A stretch of DNA of 62,723 nt, filler included, from Actinomycetota bacterium (GCA_009886115.1; 3 parts of 3 records of this genome joined end to end with filler, not necessarily neighbours in it), one strand, 5' to 3'; counted from the first letter of the whole stretch, positions 40,898 through 50,604 are shown. A program made the numbers and translations. Notes: generated by a model not told the origin, from the sequence alone.

Positions 40898-42331
40898 ATG
40901 CGAGGAATCATCAGCGCTGGCGGGTACGTGCCCTACCGCCGGCTCCAGCGATCCCAGATCACCACGTTCTTCGGCAGCGGCGGCGGCAAGGGCACACGAT
41001 CGGTCGCCAGCTTCGACGAAGACACCACGAGCATGGGGGTCGAGGCCGCACGGGCCTGCCTCCGGGCGACGGCCGCTCGGCCCGACTCGGTCTGGTTCGC
41101 CAGCGCCTCGCCGGCCTACCTCGAAAAGACCAATGCCACCACCATCCATGCGGCCCTGCGACTCGACACCGACGTCGCGGCGTTCGACATGGGCGGCGCC
41201 GTGCGATCGGGCGTCGGCGTCCTGGCCGCGGCGTTCCGGTCGAGTGACACCGTGCTCGTGGTCACCAGCGACATCCGCGGTGGGCTCCCCACGAGCGCCG
41301 ACGAGCAGGCGACGGGCGACGCCGCGGCGGCCATCCTCGTCGGAGACGACGACGCTGGTGGCTCTGGGGGCGCGGGGAGCTCCGTGATCGCCGAGTACCT
41401 GGGCGGGGCCAGCGTCAGCGAGGAGTTCGTCGACCGCTGGAGGCTCCCGGGCGAAACTCGATCCAAGGCCTGGGAAGAGAAGTTCGGCGAGACCAAGTAC
41501 CTCCCGCTGGGCGACCAGGCGTGGAACGCGGCGTTGAAGAACGCTGGCATCGAGGCCGACCAGGTGAACCGGCTGATCGTGACGGGTCCGCACACCCGGG
41601 CGGTGAGGGCCCTCGCCGGCCGCCTCTCGGTGAGCACCGTCAACGCCAAGGAGGCGCTGGTCGACGACCTCGCCGCGTCGGTGGGCCAGACAGGCACCGC
41701 CCACCCGGCGCTGTTGCTCTCCTCGGCCCTCGAAGGTGCCGAGGCCGGCCAGGTGATCGTGCTCGTGTCGGTCGTCGACGGCGTCGACGTGCTCGTGTTC
41801 CGCACCACCGAGGCGATCAGGGGGTACCGGGCAGCCCGTCCCGTCGCGTCGCAGATCGCCAACGCGGCCGACCTCCCCTACGGCAAGTACCTGTCGTGGC
41901 GTGACGTGGTCACCCTCGAACCGCCCCGGCGCCCCGAGCCCGACCGCATCTCGGCCTCGGTCGCCAGCCGCAACGACGACTGGAAGTTCGCCTTCGTCGC
42001 GTCGCGCGACCGGTCGAGCGGAGCGTTGCACATGCCGCCCGCCCGCGTGTCTCGTGACGGCGGCACCATCGACGACATGGAGGACGCCCCCATGTCCGAG
42101 GTGATCGGAACCGTGGCCGCCATCACCATCGACCGCATCGCCTACTCCCCCAGCCCGCCGATCGTGTTCGCGGTCGTCGACTTCGACGGCGGCGGACGGC
42201 TCCCGGTGGAGCTGTGCGACGTCGACGCCGCGTCGGTCAAGGTCGGCGACCGGGTCGAGATGACCTTCCGTCGGCTGTTCAGCGCCGACGGCATCCACAA
42301 CTACTTCTGGAAGGCCCGCCCGGTCCGATAG
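40898..42331 (+). CDS. HMG-CoA synthase-like fold fused to a DUF35/OB-fold domain
   Basis: GYVPYRRL, DEDTTSMGVEA and GDAAAA; C-terminal VVDFDGGGR...VGDRVEMTFRR...YFWKARP. Confidence 0.85.
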   Translation: MRGIISAGGYVPYRRLQRSQITTFFGSGGGKGTRSVASFDEDTTSMGVEAARACLRATAARPDSVWFASASPAYLEKTNATTIHAALRLDTDVAAFDMGGAVRSGVGVLAAAFRSSDTVLVVTSDIRGGLPTSADEQATGDAAAAILVGDDDAGGSGGAGSSVIAEYLGGASVSEEFVDRWRLPGETRSKAWEEKFGETKYLPLGDQAWNAALKNAGIEADQVNRLIVTGPHTRAVRALAGRLSVSTVNAKEALVDDLAASVGQTGTAHPALLLSSALEGAEAGQVIVLVSVVDGVDVLVFRTTEAIRGYRAARPVASQIANAADLPYGKYLSWRDVVTLEPPRRPEPDRISASVASRNDDWKFAFVASRDRSSGALHMPPARVSRDGGTIDDMEDAPMSEVIGTVAAITIDRIAYSPSPPIVFAVVDFDGGGRLPVELCDVDAASVKVGDRVEMTFRRLFSADGIHNYFWKARPVR

Positions 42332-42384
42332 CTCGACGGGCGACCGTCGGCCGGGGCGAGCGACACGGCGAGAAGGAGAGACCC

Positions 42385-43578
42385 ATGGGATCACACGGGA
42401 TCAAGGACCAGGTCGCCATCATCGGGATGGGCTGCACGCCCTTCACCGAGCACTGGGACAAGGGCCCCGACGAGCTACTCGTCGATGCGGCCACCGAAGC
42501 CTTCGCCGACGCCGGCGTCGCCAAGGCCGACGTCGACGCCTACTGGCTGGGCACGGCCATGTCGGGCATGAGCGGGATGGCGCTCTCGCGTCCGCTGCAG
42601 CTCGACAACAAGCCCGTCACCCGGATCGAGAACTTCTGCGCAACCGGGGCCGAGTCGTTGCGCAACGCGGCCTACGCCGTGGCCAGCGGCGCCTACGACC
42701 TGGCTATGGCGATCGGCGTCGAGAAGGTCAAAGACAGCGGCTACCAGGGCCTCGTGGGCGCCAGCAAGTCGCCCACCGACGGCACCGGGCGCACGCTCAC
42801 CGCGGCGGCCATGTTCGCCATGTGCGCACCCGCGTACGGCGCCAAGTACGGCGTGTCCGACGAGCAGATGCGCGAGGTGCTGGCCCGCATCTCGTGGAAG
42901 AACCACTACAACGGCGCCCGCAACCCCCGAGCCCAGTTCCGCAAGGAAGTGAGCATGGAGACCATCTGCAACGCTCCGCTCATGGCGGGCGGTCTCGGCG
43001 TGTTCGACTGCTCGGGCGTGGCCGATGGCTCCGCCGCGGTGATCATCTGCCGGGCCGAGGACGCCCACCGCTACACCGACACACCCATGTACATCAAGGC
43101 CCTGGCCTTCGTGGCTGGGAACTGCTCCGGCAACGCCGACCCGGCCTACGACTACACGTGGTTCCCCGAGATCCACGCCTCGGCCGTCGACGCCTACGCC
43201 CAGGCCGGCGTCACCGACCCCCGGGGCCAGATCGCCATGGCCGAGGTGCACGACTGCTTCACCCCCGCCGAGCTGCTCATCATGGAAGACCTGGGCTTCG
43301 CTGAGCGGGGCACGGCGTGGAAGGAAGAGCTCGCCGGCACGTTCGACCTCAAGGGCGAGCTGCCCGTCAACCCCGACGGTGGTCTCAAGTCGTTCGGTCA
43401 CCCCGTGGGCGCCTCGGGCCTGCGGATGGTCTTCGAGGCCTGGCTCCAGATGCGCGGCAAGGCTCCCGAGCAGCGCCGGATCGAGACCACGAAGAAGCTC
43501 GCCCTCACCCACAACCTCGGCGGCTACCCCGGCGAGATGGTCAGCTTCTGCGGTATCTACGGCACCGAGCTCGGCTAG
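42385..43578 (+). CDS. Thiolase (acetyl-CoA acetyltransferase, SCP2-thiolase type)
   Basis: ENFCATG, EVHDCF and NPDGGLKSFGHPVGASG. Confidence 0.9.
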   Translation: MGSHGIKDQVAIIGMGCTPFTEHWDKGPDELLVDAATEAFADAGVAKADVDAYWLGTAMSGMSGMALSRPLQLDNKPVTRIENFCATGAESLRNAAYAVASGAYDLAMAIGVEKVKDSGYQGLVGASKSPTDGTGRTLTAAAMFAMCAPAYGAKYGVSDEQMREVLARISWKNHYNGARNPRAQFRKEVSMETICNAPLMAGGLGVFDCSGVADGSAAVIICRAEDAHRYTDTPMYIKALAFVAGNCSGNADPAYDYTWFPEIHASAVDAYAQAGVTDPRGQIAMAEVHDCFTPAELLIMEDLGFAERGTAWKEELAGTFDLKGELPVNPDGGLKSFGHPVGASGLRMVFEAWLQMRGKAPEQRRIETTKKLALTHNLGGYPGEMVSFCGIYGTELG

Positions 43579-43596
43579 TCGGCGGACCGATTCTCT

Positions 43597-43646
43597 CCAA
43601 CTGTCAGCGTGACAGGCCGGATACGGCCCGCCACGCTGACAGTTGC
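43597..43646. repeat. 50-bp palindromic REP-like element, copy 2 (inverted, loop GATA)
   Basis: CCAACTGTCAGCGTGACAGGCCG-GATA-CGGCCCGCCACGCTGACAGTTGC. Confidence 0.9.
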
Positions 43647-43694
43647 GGTTGAGGGGGTAGGTAGCTGTGACCGGCTGTGACCGTGCGTGCGGCG

Positions 43695-44105
43695 TCAGGC
43701 GGTCGATCCCAGGCGGAGCGGGATCACCTGGGCGATGAGGGGGTAGTCGCCGTCGCGGTGAAGCACCGAAGCGTCGAGGCGGAGGGCGACCGCAGCGATC
43801 AGGCAGTCGACCAGGCTACGAACCGTGACGCCTCGGCGCCGGCAGGTGAAGTAGATCGTGCTGGCGTGGGCAAAGTCGGGTCCTGCGTTGACGGTCTCCC
43901 ACCGAAATCGGGCAAGGAGCCTCCGGAGATCGCTGAGGTGTCTCTCGGTCCGGGCTCCGGCGCACAGCTCGGCTGCGACCGGGTCGGTGACGACCAGCCG
44001 TCCGTCGTCGGCCTGGATCAGCTCTCGAACCGCGAGGTGGGTGGGGCTACCCGTCGCTCGATCGAACTCGACCCAGGCCGAGGTGTCGACGAGGACGAGG
44101 CTCAC
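43695..44105 (-). CDS. vapC: VapC PIN-domain toxin
   Basis: VLVDTSAW, AELCAG, DCLIAAVA and LHRDGDY. Confidence 0.9.
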   Translation of the reverse strand: MSLVLVDTSAWVEFDRATGSPTHLAVRELIQADDGRLVVTDPVAAELCAGARTERHLSDLRRLLARFRWETVNAGPDFAHASTIYFTCRRRGVTVRSLVDCLIAAVALRLDASVLHRDGDYPLIAQVIPLRLGSTA

Positions 44106-44332
44106 TCCTGGTTCTCGACGACGCCGGTCCCGGCGAGATCCTCGTCAGCGGGAAGAACGTCGATCGCGCAGGCTCCCTCCATCGCCAACGCCTCTTCGAG
44201 GGTCATGGGCTCGGTCGCGACCCAACGGAGGGCGAAGTTGACTGCATCCTTCTTGGTCGAAAGCCCGAACCGGCGCATGACCTCACCGCACGCCTCGTCG
44301 TCGACCTCGATGTTCGTCCTGGTCACGCTCAT
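44102..44332 (-). CDS. vapB: VapB antitoxin
   Basis: RTNIEVDD...TKKDAVNFAL ribbon-helix-helix; GTGA overlap with vapC. Confidence 0.85.
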   Translation of the reverse strand: MSVTRTNIEVDDEACGEVMRRFGLSTKKDAVNFALRWVATEPMTLEEALAMEGACAIDVLPADEDLAGTGVVENQE

Positions 44333-44453
44333 GTGTAGACGATACACCATGCTCGAACGGGCTGGGAGCGGGTCGCGGTCGCGGGGCCCGCGTGTCGGTC
44401 GAGGAGACGCTGGCGAGTTCCCTCGGCGGCGAGCAGGGCGGTAGTTTCGGGCC

Positions 44454-45695
44454 ATGAAACTCGGAGACATCGCCAACGCCGATGCCGTCAAGTACGGCAA
44501 GCCCCTGCAGGGTGTGCGAATCCTCGCCGTCGAGCAGATGCAGGCCCTTCCCTACGGCACGCAGCTGCTCGCCCGTCTCGGAGCCGACGTCGTGAAGGTC
44601 GAGCATCCGGTCGACGGGGAATCGGGACGGGGTTCCACGCCGTACATGACCGATCCGGAAGGCCGAATCTGCGGCGCCACCTTCCTCCGCAACAACCTCA
44701 ACAAGCGCAGCCTCGGCATCGACCTCAAGCACCCCAAGGGCAAGGAGCTGTTGCTCTCGCTCGTGCCCCACTACGACGTCGTGTGCGAGAACTTCAAGGC
44801 CGGCACGATGGACCGGCTGGGCCTGGGCTACGACGTGATCTCGAAGATCAGCCCCCGCACGATCTACATGTCGGTCAACGGCTTCGGCGCCCAGCCGTCG
44901 CCCTACGACAAGTGGCCCGCCTACGCCGGGATCGCCGAAGCCATGTCGGGGGCCTACGACTGGAAGCAGATGCCGGGCGAGCCGCCAAACGTGAACCCCA
45001 TGGGGGGCTTGGGCGATATCGGCTCCTCGGTCTTCGGCGTCATCGGCATCCTCGCTGCGCTGCGCCATCGCGACATCACCGGTGAGGGCCAACGGGTCGA
45101 CGTGAGCATGTTCGACGCCATGGTGGCGTTCACCGACATCGTCACCCAGATGTGGTCGATGGGCGTGCGCACCAAGGGCCCGCCGGCGCTGATCATCGAC
45201 GGGTTCGAGGCCGGTGATGGCTGGTTCATCATGCAGGTCGGCCGCGAGCACCAGTTCAAGCGCCTGTGCGAGCTGCTCGGGACCGAGAGCTGGCTCACCG
45301 ACGAGCGCTTCGCCACCCGCGACGGCTGGCGCACGCATCTCGCCACGGTGATCCGTCCAGCCGTCGAGAAGTGGGCGTCCGACAAGACCAAGGTCGAGGC
45401 CTGCGACGCCCTGGCCAACGCGGGCATCGCCGCAGGGCCGTGCTTCAACGCCGAGGAGGTCATCAACGACGAGCACGTCGCCAAGCGCAACATGCTCATC
45501 GCCATGGATCGCGTCGACGGTGTCGAGGAACCCATCCTCATCCCCGGCAACCCGGTGAAGCTCTCGAAGATGGCCGAGGGCCCCGAGACCCGGGTGCCCT
45601 GGGTGGGCGAGCACACCGCCGAGATCCTCGCCGCCGACCTGGGCCTGTCGGCCGAGGCCATCGCGGCGTTGCGGGCCGACGGCGTCGTGACCTGA
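44454..45695 (+). CDS. CoA-transferase family III (CaiB/BaiF)
   Basis: PLQGVRIL, GADVVKVE, NLNKRS and ENFKAG. Confidence 0.9.
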   Translation: MKLGDIANADAVKYGKPLQGVRILAVEQMQALPYGTQLLARLGADVVKVEHPVDGESGRGSTPYMTDPEGRICGATFLRNNLNKRSLGIDLKHPKGKELLLSLVPHYDVVCENFKAGTMDRLGLGYDVISKISPRTIYMSVNGFGAQPSPYDKWPAYAGIAEAMSGAYDWKQMPGEPPNVNPMGGLGDIGSSVFGVIGILAALRHRDITGEGQRVDVSMFDAMVAFTDIVTQMWSMGVRTKGPPALIIDGFEAGDGWFIMQVGREHQFKRLCELLGTESWLTDERFATRDGWRTHLATVIRPAVEKWASDKTKVEACDALANAGIAAGPCFNAEEVINDEHVAKRNMLIAMDRVDGVEEPILIPGNPVKLSKMAEGPETRVPWVGEHTAEILAADLGLSAEAIAALRADGVVT

Positions 45696-45787
45696 CAGCG
45701 TCGTGACCTGACAGCGTCGTGACCTGACAGCGTCGTGACCTGACAGCGTCGTGACCTGACGGCGTCGTGACCTGACAGCGTCGTGAC
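45682..45787. repeat. 16-bp tandem repeat (GCGTCGTGACCTGACA), at least 6.6 copies running into the gap
   Basis: Seen directly; the first unit contains the CoA-transferase stop codon. Confidence 0.9.
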
Positions 45788-45887
45788 NNNNNNNNNNNNN
45801 NNNNNNNNNNNNNNNNNNNNNNNNNNNNNNNTTAATTAATTAANNNNNNNNNNNNNNNNNNNNNNNNNNNNNNNNNNNNNNNNNNNN
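45788..45887. other. Assembly gap/contig linker
   Basis: N runs flanking TTAATTAATTAA. Confidence 0.95.
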
Positions 45888-45953
45888 CGGGGCACGTCTG
45901 CAGTCGCAGGCGTGGAGCTGGTGGCTGTGTCGTTGGCGCTCACTCGGTGTCAG

Positions 45954-46721
45954 TCACCCGAACGTCAACCCGCGGGCGGTCGTGGAGCCGCCGGAGATCG
46001 GAAAGTCGAGCCCCGTCACCACTTCTGCCTCCGTGCTGGCCAGCCAGAGGCAGCAATGGGCGACATCGCTGGCTCGGACCAGCCGGGTGAGGTGCTGGCC
46101 CTGGACGCGGGCCAGCTTCTCGGGGCTGATGTCGGCGTCGCGGCTCTCGTGGACGATGTAGCCCGGGGTGATGCTGTTGCAGCGGATGCCCTGGGCGGCG
46201 TAGTCGATGGCGACGCTGCGCGTGAGCGCGTTCAGGCCGCCCTTGCTCGCCGTGTAGCCGGCCAGGCCGGGCGTGCCCCGTTCGGCCGCGCGCGACGACA
46301 CGTTGATGATCGAGCCGTGTCCAGCAGCGGTCATGTGGGGGATTGCAGCTCGCATCAGCCAGGCCGGGCTCGTCAGGTTCACGAGCAGCTTGGTCGCCCA
46401 GTCGTCGGAGGTCACGTCGAGCAGCTTGCCGTCACCGGCGTTGGCCACGGCGTTGTTCACGAGCACGGTCAGGGTGCCGTAGCGGGCCACGGTGGTCTCG
46501 ACCAACGTCGAGCACTGGTCGAGGTCGGTGAGGTCGGCGCGCACGAACGTGGCGTCCCCGCCGGTGCGCTCGCTCACCTCCGCGGCCCAGCTCTCACCGC
46601 GCTCGATGCTGCGGCCCGTGACGACGACCGAGGCCCCCTCGGCCGCGAACATCCGGGCGATCTCCTTGCCCAGCCCCGAGGTGCTCCCGGTCACGATCGC
46701 GACCTCGCCCGCCAACCTCAT
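45954..46721 (-). CDS. Short-chain dehydrogenase/reductase
   Basis: TGSTSGLG, LVNNA and YTASK. Confidence 0.9.
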   Translation of the reverse strand: MRLAGEVAIVTGSTSGLGKEIARMFAAEGASVVVTGRSIERGESWAAEVSERTGGDATFVRADLTDLDQCSTLVETTVARYGTLTVLVNNAVANAGDGKLLDVTSDDWATKLLVNLTSPAWLMRAAIPHMTAAGHGSIINVSSRAAERGTPGLAGYTASKGGLNALTRSVAIDYAAQGIRCNSITPGYIVHESRDADISPEKLARVQGQHLTRLVRASDVAHCCLWLASTEAEVVTGLDFPISGGSTTARGLTFG

Positions 46722-46818
46722 CACTCCCCCGATCGTGCGACAGCCACAGCGATGCACAACATCTGGCCGACGACGCATCTCAGGCGCCGAGCCGGCGCGT
46801 CACACTACCGTCGGATCG

Positions 46819-47436
46819 ATGAGACGTCCCTTGGGAGTCGTGGCGGTGACGTACGGCATGGGACGGTCGCCCGCAGATGTGGCCCGGAGCGCGAGCGACG
46901 ACGGCTTCGACTTCGTCGACGGCGGGATCGGATGGCCGCCTGACGGGTTGGCGCTGCCGATCGTCGACCGCTTCTCGATGAAGCCGCTCGACGGGTACTC
47001 AAGCGGGCCGTGGCCCACCTGGACGTGGGAGCAGGTCGTCGAGCAGTGGCGGGCGGCCCCGGGGTGCCGGCTCGAGCCGTGGGGCAGGTGCGTCGTCAAC
47101 AGCAACGAGGCCTGCCTCGAGATCGTTCGCGAGGTACCGGGGCTGCGGTTGCTGCTCGACGTCGGACACGTGGTGGCATGGGGCGGCGACCCGGTCGAGT
47201 TGCTCCCCCACGCCGGGCACGTCCAACTCCGACAGGCACGGCTGGGGACGGCGCAATGTGGTGATGCCGACGGCGATGTCGATTTCGTGGCGGTCCTCGA
47301 CGGCCTCGACGCGCTCGGCTACACGGGCGGCCTGAGCATCGAGTACTTCGACCTCCCCGATGCCGGCTGGCCTCTCGACGATCCCCGTGCGCACGCGATC
47401 GAGACGGCCCGACGGGTCAGGGCCCTGATGGGCTGA
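46819..47436 (+). CDS. Short xylose-isomerase-like TIM-barrel protein
   Basis: LLDVGH, HVQLRQA, GDVDF and GYTGGLSIEY. Confidence 0.65.
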   Translation: MRRPLGVVAVTYGMGRSPADVARSASDDGFDFVDGGIGWPPDGLALPIVDRFSMKPLDGYSSGPWPTWTWEQVVEQWRAAPGCRLEPWGRCVVNSNEACLEIVREVPGLRLLLDVGHVVAWGGDPVELLPHAGHVQLRQARLGTAQCGDADGDVDFVAVLDGLDALGYTGGLSIEYFDLPDAGWPLDDPRAHAIETARRVRALMG

Positions 47437-48094
47437 GCGCTCGATCGCCTGCGATGGCACCGGTCTCGGGGCTGGAGGAATGACCGAGCACCCGCAGCCA
47501 GAGCTGGAGACACGGACCGATGCCGAGGCCGATGATCACGCAGCCGACACCCACCTGACCGCCGAGCCACCAGCCGATGGCCAGGCCCGCGATCTCCATC
47601 GTGAGGCGCACCGTGGCCAGTGACCAGCTCGGCCCGATCTTCCGGCACATGCCGAGGTTCACCGCGTCGAGCGGCGACGTCCCCAGACGGGCTGAGATCA
47701 CCAGCGAGCCGCCCAACGACATCATGACCAGAGCGACCCCCACGGCGACGAGCCGCCCGGCCATGCCCTCGGGAACCTCCACCAGCGGCAGGAACGCGTC
47801 GATGAACAGGCCGCCGAAGAACATCGTGAGCGCGGTCCCCGGCCCCGGGCGCTCTCCGAGCGCCACGGCGCACATGAGGAACGCCACACCCGTGAGCCAG
47901 GTGGCCTGCCCCAGCGTGATGTCGAGCTGGCGCGACAATCCCTGCTGCACCACGTTCCACGGCCCCAGCCCCAGCTGGGCCTTCACGACCAACGACGCGG
48001 CCAGGGCGATGATCGCGGTACCGAGCACGGCTCGGGCCGAGCGAGCCGCGAGCGCGCCCGATGGAACACGCGAGGTGACGGGGAAGTGTCGCAT
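47417..48094 (-). CDS. YczE/YyaS/YitT-like membrane protein
   Basis: AQLGLGPWNV..QGLS, PGPGT, LGTSPLD and GGQVGVG. Confidence 0.75.
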   Translation of the reverse strand: MRHFPVTSRVPSGALAARSARAVLGTAIIALAASLVVKAQLGLGPWNVVQQGLSRQLDITLGQATWLTGVAFLMCAVALGERPGPGTALTMFFGGLFIDAFLPLVEVPEGMAGRLVAVGVALVMMSLGGSLVISARLGTSPLDAVNLGMCRKIGPSWSLATVRLTMEIAGLAIGWWLGGQVGVGCVIIGLGIGPCLQLWLRVLGHSSSPETGAIAGDRALSPSGP

Positions 48095-48263
48095 GGGGCG
48101 ACGATGATCCCACAGGTCGGCGACCCCGCTGGTCATCGGGAGCCTGGAGCCCGTGACACCGCGGTGTGCGTGACGCCGCGGTGCCCGTGTCGCCGCGGTG
48201 CCGGTGTCGACACGGCGGTCGGTCCCGAGACCGCGAGCCGGCGAAGCGGTAGGTTCCGCGCCC

Positions 48264-49322
48264 ATGCACGATGTCGGTGAGCGGGCTGCGGTCGTGGTGG
48301 GGACCTCGTTCGGGGCGCGGGTCCACGTGCCGGCGTTGCGGGGGGCGGGGTTTCGGGTCGAGGCGCTCGTGGGGCGCGATCCCGAGCGCACAGCGCGGCG
48401 GGCCGAGCGTCTCGGCGTTCCCCTGGCGACCACGTCGCTGGGCGAGGCGCTCGCGCTGCCCGGCGTCGAGCTGGTCACCATCGCGGCACCCCCGCACCAG
48501 CACTTCGGGCTCGTTCTGGAGGCGATCGCCGCCGGCAAGCACGTCATCTGCGAGAAGCCGTTCGCGCTCGACGCCGCGGAGGCGACGAGCATGGCCACCG
48601 CAGCCTCCGGTGCCGGGGTCGTGGCCGTCATCGGTCACGAGTTCCGCTTCGCGCCCGAGCGGGCCCTCTGCCAACGCCTCATCGCCGAGGGCGCGATCGG
48701 TGAGCCCCGGCTGGCGTCGTTCGTGGGCTACGTGCCGCTCGTCGCCGACACGAGCGCGGCGATCTTCTCCGAGTGGTGGTTCGACCCGGGTCGCGGCGGC
48801 GGCTGGCTCGGTGCCTCGGGCTCGCACCTCGTCGACCAGGCTCGTTCGTGGCTGGGTGAGGTCGACCTCGTCGCGGCCACGACCGACCTCGTGTCCGACC
48901 GTGACCGGGCGACGACCGCCGACGACGCGTTCACCCTGATGCTGCGAGCCCGAACGTCGGGGGCGACCGTGGTGCTCCAGCAGACCGGCGGCTCGTGGGG
49001 TCCCGTCGCCGGACTCACCCGGGTGGCCGGCACGCTCGGGACGGTCTGGATCGACGATACCGACGTGTGGCTGGCCGATCGCTCGGGAACCCGGATCGTC
49101 GGCGTGCCCGCCGACCTCGTGCTGGCGCCTGGCCCACCTCCCGCGCCCGGCGCTCAACGGTTCTCGCACCTCGAGCTCATGCCCTACACCCGGCTGTGCG
49201 AGCGGGTGCGCGAGGCCATCGAGCAGGGCTCGACCGTGGCGGATGGCGCAGCCAGCTTCGCCGACGGTGTGGCCGTGATGAAGGTCCTCGATGATGCCCG
49301 CGCCTACCAGGCCTCGCCGTAG
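48264..49322 (+). CDS. Gfo/Idh/MocA oxidoreductase
   Basis: AGKHVICEKPFA and GGGWLGASGSHLVD. Confidence 0.9.
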   Translation: MHDVGERAAVVVGTSFGARVHVPALRGAGFRVEALVGRDPERTARRAERLGVPLATTSLGEALALPGVELVTIAAPPHQHFGLVLEAIAAGKHVICEKPFALDAAEATSMATAASGAGVVAVIGHEFRFAPERALCQRLIAEGAIGEPRLASFVGYVPLVADTSAAIFSEWWFDPGRGGGWLGASGSHLVDQARSWLGEVDLVAATTDLVSDRDRATTADDAFTLMLRARTSGATVVLQQTGGSWGPVAGLTRVAGTLGTVWIDDTDVWLADRSGTRIVGVPADLVLAPGPPPAPGAQRFSHLELMPYTRLCERVREAIEQGSTVADGAASFADGVAVMKVLDDARAYQASP

Positions 49323-49918
49323 CGCTCGCGAAACGTCTTGTCCTGCATGGGAATCCGTCGAGGCGGTCCCAGTGCCTTGGCCGGAAACCCGAGCGGGACG
49401 ACCGCCAGAGGGTGAACGTGGTCGGGAAGCGACAGCATCGTCCGGAGCTGCGGCGTGAAGGCCACCGGATAGGTCGACATGAGCGAGCCCAACCCCAGGG
49501 CGCTCGCCGCCAGCAACAGGTTCTGGACCGCGGGGAAGATCGACGATCCCCACAGGCCCTCGTGGCACAGCCGCTCGTCGACGCACACCACGACGTGGAC
49601 GGGGGCCGTCGCCAGCCCTTCCCGGGCCCAGTGGTCGACCTCGCGGTGCATCCATGGCGGGACCATCTCGGCCGTTCGATCCGACGAGCCGCTCGTCCAG
49701 CTCTCGGCGACGAGACGGCCGACCTCACCGCGAACGACGGGGTCGCGCACGACCACGAAGATCCAGGGTTGGGCGTTCTCGCCGCTGGGGGCATGGGTGG
49801 CGGCGGTGAGGATCTGCTCGATGAGCGAATCGGCAACCGCGTCGGGGCTCAGGTACCGGTGGGCCCGCTGGTTCAGGACCACATCGAAGAACGCGGGGCC
49901 GGTGGCATCGGTGTTCAC
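49304..49918 (-). CDS. Nitroreductase family protein
   Basis: APSGENAQPW.FVVV and AVQNLLLAASALGLGS. Confidence 0.9.
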   Translation of the reverse strand: MNTDATGPAFFDVVLNQRAHRYLSPDAVADSLIEQILTAATHAPSGENAQPWIFVVVRDPVVRGEVGRLVAESWTSGSSDRTAEMVPPWMHREVDHWAREGLATAPVHVVVCVDERLCHEGLWGSSIFPAVQNLLLAASALGLGSLMSTYPVAFTPQLRTMLSLPDHVHPLAVVPLGFPAKALGPPRRIPMQDKTFRERYGEAW

Positions 49919-50568
49919 GGGTGTCTCACTCCCAATCGGCGGAACGTGTTCACGTAGTCGATGACGAGCGCGGGATGGACCATCCATTCAGTGAAAGAAT
50001 GGGTGTTCCATGCGCATTCTGCGTTTGATCGCGCCCTTGTATATGCTGTCATTGCTCTGAATGCTGGCTCGGGATCATCCGTATCGAGTTCATAGAAGTG
50101 CATGTACCTTGGCGAATCTCCTGTGACGTTCTCGTAGGGTGTGATCATGGTAAAATGTGGCGGCTGTGCGGCGGCTATATCGTGAATATGCACGAAGTCG
50201 CCCCAGTCGCGAAGCGCCTGGGCCTCGAGGGGTGTGCGTGGGCTGATGAGCACGAGCTCGAGCCCCAGCGTGGGCTTCGGGCTGATCGTTCCCTGCCCGG
50301 GTCTGGCGTAGTGGCGGAAGTGATGGCTCGTGACCCCCTCCGCCGCGTCGGGACGGGCGAAGATGGGGTTGCACTCGTACACCGCCAGCGTGCTGAACTC
50401 CTCCATCGTGCGGGGGAGGTCGGGCCGGTTCGGCACGCAGTTCTCCCACCATGTCGCCCGTTCGACTCCCGGGCCCTGCAGCACCTCGTCGAGCCGTTGC
50501 CCGAGGTACTCGACGAGCGGTCGATTGGTCATCTCCAGGTAGAGATGACTGGTGATCCGATCTTCCAC
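49915..50568 (-). CDS. Hypothetical protein (possibly EthD-like dimeric alpha/beta barrel)
   Basis: Clean ORF within the operon, GTGA-coupled to the nitroreductase; W.DFVHI.D and PRYMHFYELD. Confidence 0.6.
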   Translation of the reverse strand: MEDRITSHLYLEMTNRPLVEYLGQRLDEVLQGPGVERATWWENCVPNRPDLPRTMEEFSTLAVYECNPIFARPDAAEGVTSHHFRHYARPGQGTISPKPTLGLELVLISPRTPLEAQALRDWGDFVHIHDIAAAQPPHFTMITPYENVTGDSPRYMHFYELDTDDPEPAFRAMTAYTRARSNAECAWNTHSFTEWMVHPALVIDYVNTFRRLGVRHP

Positions 50569-50604
50569 AAGCGCTCCTTGCCATCGATCCAACCGCCGCC
50601 AGCG

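Noticed and set aside
49960..50200. Diversity-generating retroelement variable region
   Set aside because: No template repeat or reverse transcriptase in the window.
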